This document shows positions 54,980 through 64,000 of a stretch of 64,000 nucleotides of DNA, one piece after another. Position numbers and translations under genes: made by a program. Positions within the stretch are counted from its first letter, which is position 1. Each line of letters starts with the position of its first letter. Location: assembly GCA_951406725.2 (NCBI GenBank), contig CATOCA020000001.1, forward strand, positions 11,780,001 to 11,844,000, read 5' to 3'. This DNA is from Octopus vulgaris. Lineage: Eukaryota. The notes below the pieces were generated by a model, which saw nothing but the letters and a program-made list of their open reading frames with translations, was not told the DNA's origin and did no database searches.

Positions 54980-55501
54980 ATGCGTGCTCATATGCGACGT
55001 AATATCACATCAGCAGCATTTCCTCACACCCTCCTTGCACTTGGCGAAGGCAAAATACCAGGGGATGAAAATGGTAATATTGCCATCGATTCCATTTGTA
55101 CCATTGTTAAGACGCCTTCTGATCTCAGAGATGCAGTGTTCCCAGATCTACAAGCTAATTATCAGAATATGGATTGGATTGGCAAAAAGGCTATACTGGC
55201 CCCGAGGAATAAAACTGTTCACCATATTAATGATGAAATGCTAAAACTCATTCCTGGGGAAGTCTATGTATATCAGTCTATCGATACAACTCCTGACCCA
55301 GAGGACGTCATCAACTATCCAATAGAGGTACTCAATTCCTTTGAGCACCCCGGACTACCACCACACTTTCTCAAACTTAAAGTTGGTGCCCCTATAATGC
55401 TCATCAGAAATTTGGTTCCCCCAAAACAATGCGATGGCACACGTTTGATCGTTAAGTCCTTATCTCCCACCGTAAACTTATATCAATATTTGCCTGAATA
55501 A
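54980..55501 (+). pseudogene. PIF1-like helicase fragment (Helitron RepHel)
   Basis: AILAPRN..V..IN, GLPPH.LKLKVGAPIMLIRNL...CDGTRL.V. Confidence 0.9.
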
Positions 55502-55584
55502 TCATCATAATCCAGTGCAATCATTAACAGTACTTTCAAGCAATTCAGCCCCGAGCAACGCCGGGCAATTCTGCTAGTATATAC

Positions 55585-55645
<61 letters not shown>

Positions 55646-56152
55646 AACATATAAGGGATGGCTATAATAGGACATCCGACTCACTAGAAAGAGCAGCCAA
55701 ACTCCAAACCACTAATAGTTGTAATTCTGAAATGGAAAGAGAAATAAAAACTTTTGCCCTCTCCTTTCTGGACTATGCATAGTTTCGGCATTTTATATTT
55801 ACTGCTGAGTAAACCGCGCGAGCGTGGTGGATTTTGAAAATTTATAGTATATAGACTCGAGGCATGTTTATCATCGCCTCGTGGATATATTTTAGTCCTT
55901 GGCTCTTCTGCTGACGAGGCAACGCCAGTGGTAAATAAATAAATTTATTTACGAAATGTGGATGTAAAGAAAGATATAAAAACCGGAAAGAATGGCTTCG
56001 TATTTACGTGAATGTTCTACACGGTGTATTCAACCAACACCAGTTTCTTTTTCTGTAGGTCACGCGTCGAGGACATCTATATGTACAGACCCTGAAAAAA
56101 AGAAAGGAATATATGTATTTGTATATATATATATATATATCATATACTTGTG

Positions 56153-56212
<60 letters not shown>

Positions 56213-56249
56213 TGTATATGTATATATATTTATATATATATATATATAT

Positions 56250-56434
56250 TGTTTTACTTGCTTCAGTTATTTGACAGCGGCCATGCTGGAGCACTGTCTT
56301 TAGTCGGGCAAATCGACCCCAGGACTTATTCTTTGTAAGCCCAGTACTTATTCTATCGGTATCTTTTACCGAACCGCTAAGTGATGGGGACGTAAACACA
56401 CCAGCATCGGTTGTCAAGCAATGCTAGGGGGTCA

Positions 56435-56466
<32 letters not shown>

Positions 56467-56605
56467 TACACATATATAAATATACATATATATACATATA
56501 TACGACAGGCTTCTTTTACAAGGCATTGGTCGGCCCGCAGTGGCACTGAAATGGAACCATGTGGTTGGTTAGCAAGCTATTTACCACACAGCCACTCCTG
56601 CGCCT
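56250..56605 (-). mobile_element. tRNA-head SINE, internally deleted
   Basis: Similar to 47108-47530. Confidence 0.8.
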
Positions 56606-57133
56606 ACATATGTATATGTATATAAGTATATGTATATATATTTGTATATATATATATACATACATATATACATGTATATCTAAATATATATATATATGTG
56701 TGTGTGTGTGTGTAACTTTAGAAGTGAATAAAAGAAAAAGGAGAAGAAAAATGAAAACGATGCTTCGTTCGTTTTATTTGTAATGCTAATTAAAAGATGG
56801 AAAAGTACCAATATGAGTGTAAAAAGAACCGCCTCAACCAACAGAATAACCCCAAAATATCCGAAAAAGATATTCTGCATATATATATGTATATATATAT
56901 ATATATTTAATCAATATAGGGTGGCAAAAAAAATTTGTAGAATTCTTTTGCCACCAGCGGCCTAGTGGGAAAAAATTAAATAGTCATAAACCATTTTTAA
57001 GTTCAACATCACAATCAAGGAACGGCCATAATAGGCCATTCACCCACTAGAAATAACAGCCAAAAGCTTCAACCGCAAAATAACATCAATTCCGTAAACC
57101 AGGAGAAAATTAAAAAAAAACATTTACCCTGTA

Positions 57134-57240
57134 ATTTCTTATACAATGCACCGTTTCGTCTACTGTTTAATGATAAACTAACCTGATTAAATTAAATCAA
57201 GCCAATCTACCATAGGCCCTTAGATTCATCAGTAAGAAAT
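57134..57240 (-). ncRNA. Type I hammerhead ribozyme (mirror copy)
   Basis: Reverse complement of 57711-57817 with one change in stem III. Confidence 0.8.
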
Positions 57241-57710
57241 AGCCAAGTCGGAACAGATATTTTTCACGAGGCATTCTCGTCCCTGCCTCGGCAATATCTG
57301 ACCTAAAATTTTCAAATCATCGCACTCGCGCCCAATTTATCGGCAGCAAATAAATATAAGCCGCCGATTCCATTACGGAATTAACCAGAAAATTCATAAT
57401 TAATCAATATAGGGTGGCAAAAAAATTTTGTAGAATTCTTTTGCCACCAGCGGCCTAGTGGGAAAAAAATTAAATAGTCATAAACCATTTTTAAGTTCAA
57501 CATCACAATCAAGGAACGGCCATAATTTTTTTGCCACCCTATATTGATTAATTATGAATTTTCTGGTTAATTCCGTAATGGAATCGGCGGCTTATATTTA
57601 TTTGCTGCCGATAAATTGGACGCGAGTGCGATGATTTGAAAATTTTAGGTCAGATATTGCCGAGGCAGGGACGAGAATGCCTCGTGAAAAATATCTGTTC
57701 CGACTTGGCT

Positions 57711-57817
57711 ATTTCTTACTGATGAATCTAAGGGCCTATGGTAGATTGGCTTGATTTAATTTAATCAGGTTAGTTTATCATTAAACAGTAGACGAAACGG
57801 TGCATCGTATAAGAAAT
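57711..57817 (+). ncRNA. Type I hammerhead ribozyme
   Basis: ATTTCTTA-CTGATGA-ATCTA...TAGAC-GAAA-CGGTGCATCG-TA-TAAGAAAT; 8-bp perfect stem I. Confidence 0.85.
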
Positions 57818-57940
57818 TACAGGGTAAATGTTTTTTTAATTTTCTCCTGGTTTACGGAATTGATGTTATTTTGCGGTTGAAGCTTTTGGCTGTTATTTCT
57901 AGTGGGTGAATGGCCTATTATGGCCGTTCCTTGATTGTGA

Positions 57941-57987
<47 letters not shown>

Positions 57988-57988
<1 letters not shown>

Positions 57989-59266
57989 GAGGGGCGTTCA
58001 ATAAGTAATATCTCTGACCCACTTGCCGTTGTTTGATTGCATGTGCAATTCTTTATATTACTATAGATTACGTGGCAAATTACAGCTCCGAACTAACTGT
58101 GGTTTCTCATTTACATGTGTTTGAAATGAGTCAAGTGGGAAATGGAGCCTGTTGAGTGTCGAGCAGTGATACGGTTTTTGTATTTGAAATGACGCACACC
58201 AGAGGAGACTTTTGATGAAATGAACGTAACTTATGGTGATGATGCCCCATCATATGACCTTGTAAAACGCTGGCATCGTGAATTCAAACATGGTCGGAAC
58301 TCTGTGGAAACAGCTCCCAGATCTGGTCGCACCTCTTCTGCCATTGATGAGGCATCTGTCCGTCAAGTTGAGGCTGCCATTTTGGAAGATCGACGCATAA
58401 CTATTCGCCAAATAGCCCATGAGGTCAGGATTAGTACCGGGTCTGTGGAAACTATCATTCATGACCATTTGTATATGCAAAAGGTGTCTGCCAGATGGAT
58501 TCCCAGGTTGCTCACACTTTTCCAGAAGCAAGAACGCGTCGAGTGCTCGAGGATGAATTTAGGGATGTGCCAAGAAGATGAGTCAAAATTTTTCAAAAGA
58601 CTGATTACACAGGATGAGACCTGGGTCGATCACTATGATCCAGAGACCAAAGCCCAGTCAATGCAGTGGAAGCACCATGACTCACCTCCTCCATAGTAGG
58701 CAAGGGTGCAGCCCTCCGCTGGCAAGGTCATGCTCACAGTCTTCTGGGACCAGGACGGAGTAGTGATGACAGATTTCCTGGCAAAGGGTACCACAATTAC
58801 AGGAGTCTATCATGCTTCACTTTTGAGGAAATTGAGAGAAGCTATCAAAACCAAGAGGCGGGGCAAGATCAGCAAAGGCATCCTCCTCCTGCAGGACAAC
58901 GTTCCGGTTCACAACTCGCGTGTCGCCAGATCAGAAGCACAGGCGTGCGGCTATGAACTCTTCCCCCATCCCCCTACTCTGCTGACCTTGCACCCTCTGA
59001 TTTTCACCTCTTCCCAGCCATGAAGTTGTTTTTGAAAGGAAAGCGTTTCCCAGATGATGCAGCCTTGATATCTGAAGTCACGTCGTGGTTGGAGGACCAA
59101 GCTGGGGTCTTCTACGAAAACGGTCCCCAGAGCTGCATCAAACGATGGGAGAAATGCGTAACTCTGGGTTTTTCCTATGCTGAAAAAAACTAATACTTGT
59201 GCCAAGTTTCGTTGCTCTACTGCTATGGGAAGTGGGTCAGGGGCATTACTTATTGAACGCCCCGCG
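57988..59266 (+). mobile_element. Mariner transposon, same family as 6134-7403, with stops and a frameshift
   Basis: TIRs CGAGGGGCGTTCAATAAGTAAT / ATTACTTATTGAACGCCCCGCG, TA flanks; WIPRLL, TQDETW, QDN motifs. Confidence 0.95.
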
Positions 59267-59359
59267 TATATATATATATATATATAAATATATATATATA
59301 TGTATATATATATAAATATATATATATATATTACGATATAACAATATTTAAGAATATTT

Positions 59360-59525
59360 TAGGCGCAGAATATTTTACTTAGCGGTTCGGCGAAAGAGAC
59401 CGATAGAATAAGGACTAGGCTTACAAAGAATAAGTCCTGGGTTCGATTTGCTCGACTGAAGGCGGTGCTCCAGCATGGCCGCAGTCAAATGACTGAAACA
59501 AGTAGAAGAGTGAAAAGAGAGTAAA
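59360..59525 (+). mobile_element. SINE 3' fragment
   Basis: Matches the 3' half of the 47108-47530 family. Confidence 0.7.
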
Positions 59526-59759
59526 ACAGTACACCATTTAACAGATAATTAGTCAGGCTTAATTATTACAATAATAATTAACACTGTAATTACCAACTTA
59601 ATCAGTGAAACTTCATCACAGCGGAAAAACTAGAAAGGAAGAGAATGGAAACGGAAAAAGAGAGAGAAAATCGATAAACAAGTCGATGCTACATGTTATG
59701 GCTCTGGAACTTTCCGACCGACTAAAAGGTTGAGTCAAGCAATTAGCATAGGTGTATGA

Positions 59760-60420
59760 TTTAGTTTGTTTGTTCCTTCTCGAGCCATGCCTGGCTCATA
59801 AGGGCCGGTTTCCCGGTTTCCGTGGCGCATAGGTTCCCCACTTTGACGGGACCCCGGTCCGTCGCAGGTGAGCTTCAAGATGCAGGAGGAAAAAGTGAGA
59901 GAAAGTTGTGGCGAAAGAGTCAGCAGAAGTTTCGCCATTACCTTCTGCCGGAGCCGCGTGGAGTTTAGGTGTTTCGCTCACAAACACACATATCATCCGG
60001 TCCTAGATTCGAACCCGCGATCCCTCGACCGCGAGTCCGCTGCTCTAACCACTTGGAAGCACTCCGTCGGTTACTACGACGAGGGTTTCCGTTCATCCGA
60101 TCAACGGAACAGCCTGCTCGTGAAATTAACGTGTAAGTGGCTGAGCACTCCACAGACACGTGTACCCTTAACGTAGTTCTCGGGGATTTTCAGCGTGACA
60201 CAGAGAGTGACAAGACCGGCCCTTTGAAAAATACAGGTACAACAGAAACAGGAAGTAAGAGTGAGAGAAAGTTGTGGTGAAAGCGTCAGCAGATGTTTCG
60301 CCATTACCTTCTGCCGGAGCCACGTGGAGCTTAGATGTTTCTCTCAGAAACGCACATATCACTCGGTCTGAGATTCGAACCCGCGATCCCTCGATCGCGA
60401 GTCCGCTGCACTAACCACTA
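59760..60420 (-). mobile_element. Two tandem tRNA-head SINE copies
   Basis: Heads AGTGGTTAG.GCAGCGGACTCGCG...GGTTCGAATC ending at ~60053 and ~60419; 59887-60053 duplicated at 60258-60419. Confidence 0.75.
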
Positions 60421-60471
60421 AGGCATATGCCTCCACACCAACACCGGTTGTCAAGCAGTGATTGGAGACAA

Positions 60472-60512
<41 letters not shown>

Positions 60513-60689
60513 CTTTTCTCGTTGGATTAAGTGTTCGTTTTCTCTTTTTGTCTTCTGCAAATTTATTTTTGGATCTTCTGAATATATGAAGAATTTCCTT
60601 CCGCCTGGCTGCTTTTCTCTCTACAGAACGGAAAGTTGCATTATGGAACAGTCATTTTAACGAGATTATTCATCACCCGAGATACATCT

Positions 60690-63600
60690 TTTTCTTTATA
60701 ACCCACAAGGGGATAAACACAGAGGGGACAAACAAGGACAGACGACAAATTAAGTCAATTACATCGACAAAAGTGCGTAACTGGTACTTAATTTATCGGC
60801 CCCGAAAAGATGAAAAGCAAAGTTGACCTCGGCGGAATTTGAACTCAGAACATAAAGACAGACGAAATACCTTAGTTAGTTAGTTAGTTAGTTAGTTAAT
60901 TTGGCTCTTTACTACCCACAAGTGGCTAAACACAGAGGGATCAAACTTGAACTGGCGGTGAGCTGGCAGAACTGTTAGCACGCCGGGCAAAATGCGTACT
61001 TAATTTATCGACCCCGAAAGGATGAAAAACAAAGTCGACCTCGTAGGAATTTGGACTCAGAACGTAAAGACAGACGAAATACCTATTTCTTTACTACCCA
61101 CATGGGGCTAAACAAATAGAGGACAAACAAGGACAGACAAACGGATTAAGTCGATTACATCGCTCCAAGTGCGTAACTGGTACTTAATTTATCGGCCCCG
61201 AATAGATGAAAGGCAAAGTCGACCTCGGCGAAATTTGAACTCAGAAAGTAAAGACAGACAAAATACCTGTTTCTTTACAACTCACAAGGGGCTAAACACA
61301 GAGGGGTCAAACAAAGACAGACAAACAGATTAAGTCGATTACATCCACCCTCGTGAGTAACAGGTACTTAATTTATCGACCCCGAAAATATGAAAGTCAA
61401 GGTCGACCTCGGAGGAATTTGAACTCAGAACGTAAAGACAGACGAAATATCTATTTCTTTACTACCCACAAGGGGCTAAATACTGAGGAGACAAACGAGG
61501 ACAGACAAACAGATTAAGTTGATTACATCGACCCCAGTGCGTAACTGGTACTTAATTTATCGGCCCCTAAAAGATGAAAAGCAAAATCGACCTCGGCGGA
61601 ATTTGAAATCAGAACGTAAAGACAGACGAAATACATGTTTCTTTACTACCCACAAGGGGCTAAAGACTGAGGGGACAAATATGAACTGGCGGTGAGCTGG
61701 CAGAACCGTTAGCACGCCGGGCGAAATGCGTAGCTGTATTTCGTCTGCCTTTACATTCTGAGTTCAAATTCCGCCGAGGTCGACTTTGATTTCATCCTTT
61801 CGGGGTCGATGAATTAAGTACCAGTTACGCACTGGGGTCGATTTAATCGACGTAATCCGTTTGTCTGTCATTGCTTTTCTTCTCTGTGTTTAGCCGCTCC
61901 TGGGTAGTAAAGAAATAGGTACTTAATTTATCGGCCCCTAAAGGATGAAAGGCAAAGTCGACCTCGGAGGAATTTGAACTCAGAACGTAAAGACAGACGA
62001 AATACCTGTTTCTTTACTAATCATAAGGGGCTTAACACTGAGGGAACAAACAGGGACAGACTAACGGATTCAGTTGATTACATCGACCCCAGTGCATAAC
62101 AGGTATTTAATTTATCGGCCCCTAAAAGATTAAAAGCAAAGTCGACCTCGGAAGAATTTGAACTCAGAACGTAACGGCAGACGAAATACCCATTTCTTTA
62201 CTACCCACAAGGGGCTAAACACAGAGGGGACAAACAAGGTCAGACAAATACATTAAATTGATTACATCGACCCCAGGGCGTAACTGGTACTTAATTTATC
62301 GACCCCGAAATGATGAAAGGCAAAGTCGACTTCGGAAGAATTTAAACTCAGAAGATAAAGACAGACGAAATACCTGTTTCTTTACTACCCACAAGGGGCT
62401 AAACACAGCGGGAACAAACTTGAACTGGCGGTGTGCTGGCAGAACAGTTAGCACGCCGGGCGAAATGCGTAGCCGAATTTCGTCTGCCGCTACGTTCTTA
62501 GTTCAAATTCCTCCCTGGTCGACTTTGCCTTTCATCCATTCGGGGTCGATTTAATAAGTACCAGCTACACACTGGGGTCGATTTAATCGACTTAATCCGT
62601 TTGTCTGCCCTTGCTTGTCTTCTCTGTGTTTATCCCCTCGTGGGTAGTAAAGAAATAGGTTCTTAATTTATCGACCCCGAAAGGATGCAAGGTACAGCCG
62701 ACCTCGGATGAATTTGAACTCAGAACGTAAAGACAGACGAAATACCTGTTTCTTTACTACCCACAAGGGGCTAAACACAGAGGGAACAAGCAAGGACAGA
62801 CAAACGGATTAAGTCGATTACATCGACCACAGTGCGTAACTGGTACTTAATTTATCGACCCCAGGAGGATGAAACGCAAATTCGACCTCGGCGGAATTTG
62901 AACTCAGAACGTAACGGCAGACGAAATACCTGTTTCTTTACTACCCACAAGGGGCTAAACACTGAGGAGACAAACAAGGACAGACAAACAGATTAAGTTG
63001 ATTACATCCACCCCAGTGCGTAACTGGTATTTAATTTATCGGCCCCTAAAAGATGAAAAGCAAGATCGACCTCGGCGGAATTTGAACTCAGAACGTAAAG
63101 ACAGACGAAATACCTGTTTCTTTACTAACCACAAGAGACTAAACACTGAGGGGACAAACTTGAACTGGCGGTGAGCTGGCAGAACAGTTAGCACGCCGTA
63201 GCTGTATTTCGTCTGCCTTTACGTTCTGAGTTCAAATTCCGCCGAGGTCGACTTTGATTTCATCCTTTCGGGGTCGATAAATTAAGTACCAGTTACGTAC
63301 TGGGGTCGATTTATTCGACGTAATCCGTTCGTCTGTCCTTGCTTGTCTTCTCTGTGTTTAGTCGCTCCTGGGTAGTAAAGAAATAGGTACTTAATTTATC
63401 GGCCCCTAAAGGATGAAAGGCAAAGTCGACCTCGGAGGAATTTGAACTCAGAACGTAAAGACAGACGAAATACCTGTTTCTTTACTAATCATAAGGGTCT
63501 TAACACTGAGGGAACAAACAGGGACAGACTAACGGATTCAGTTGATTACATCGACCCCAGTGCATAACTGGTATTTAATTTATCGGCACCTAAAATATTA

Positions 63601-64000
63601 AAAGCAAAGTAGACCTCGGAAGAATTTGAACTCAGAACGTAAAGACAGAGGAAATACCCATTTCTTTACTACCCACAAGGGGCTAAACACAGAGGGGACA
63701 AACAAGGTCAGACAAATACATTAAATTGATTACATCGAACTCAGTGCGTAACTAGTACTTAATTTATCGACCCCGAAATGATGAAAGGCAAAGTCGACCT
63801 CGGAAGAATTTAAACTCAGAAGATAAAGACAGACGAAATACCTGTTTCTTTACGACCCACGAGGGGCTAACACAGCGGGAACAAACTTGAACTGGCGGTG
63901 TGCTGGCAGAACAGTTAGCACGCCGGGCGAAATGCGTAGCCGTATTTCGTCTGCCGCTACATTCTTAGTTCAAATTCCTACCTGGTCGACTTTGCCTTTC
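60690..64000. repeat. SINE-derived satellite: ~184-bp monomers with periodic inverted copies
   Basis: GAACTCAGAACGTAAAGACAGACGAAATAC recurs about every 184 bp; TGAACTGGCGGTG at 60948, 61682, 62421, 63141, 63888. Confidence 0.92.

Larger units (their letters stand above)
53434..55577 (+). mobile_element. Composite Helitron 2, head-to-tail with Helitron 1; carries a ~164-bp tandem array and a PIF1 fragment
   Basis: Same 5' ~270 bp begins directly after CTAG; ends CCCGAGCAACGCCGGG..CTAG-T. Confidence 0.8.
56907..57943. mobile_element. Hammerhead-bearing non-coding element: ~494-bp unit with a ~125-bp direct terminal repeat, plus an inverted copy
   Basis: 56907-57031 repeats at 57401-57525; 57524-57943 is the reverse complement of 57008-57427. 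Confidence 0.85.

Noticed and set aside
54980-55501. Host PIF1 helicase gene
   Set aside because: Intronless fragment inside Helitron termini
59995-60053. tRNA gene
   Set aside because: 5'-truncated tRNA-like SINE head, duplicated along with its body

Overview
AT-rich, microsatellite-dense animal DNA. The SINE repertoire and (TA)n load suggest a cephalopod such as Octopus; this is inference, and no search was run. One host gene is visible, on the minus strand. It has a 77-nt exon encoding the end of an EMI-like domain (40479-40555), twelve 117-nt phase-1/phase-1 calcium-binding EGF exons (39740 down to 17930), and a possible terminal exon near 11826-11956. Six EGF exons sit in a young ~1.94-kb tandem amplification (about 18.85-30.5 kb) built as a 3-unit higher-order repeat x2. 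Each exon cassette is bounded by (TAA)n and (TGA)n tracts that microsatellite-associated LINEs have colonised. The rest is mobile DNA: a Naiad-type Penelope element with a hammerhead ribozyme at the centre of a nested inverted duplication, several more hammerhead-bearing fold-back remnants (one ~494-bp retrozyme-like unit), a Dong/R4 LINE, an L1/Tx1 LINE, mariners, composite Helitrons with a PIF1 fragment, SINEs, an orphan 5S copy, 140-bp and ~164-bp tandem arrays, and a SINE-derived satellite at the right end. Most short ORFs in the track are microsatellite or antisense artefacts. All family assignments come from motif recognition by eye.
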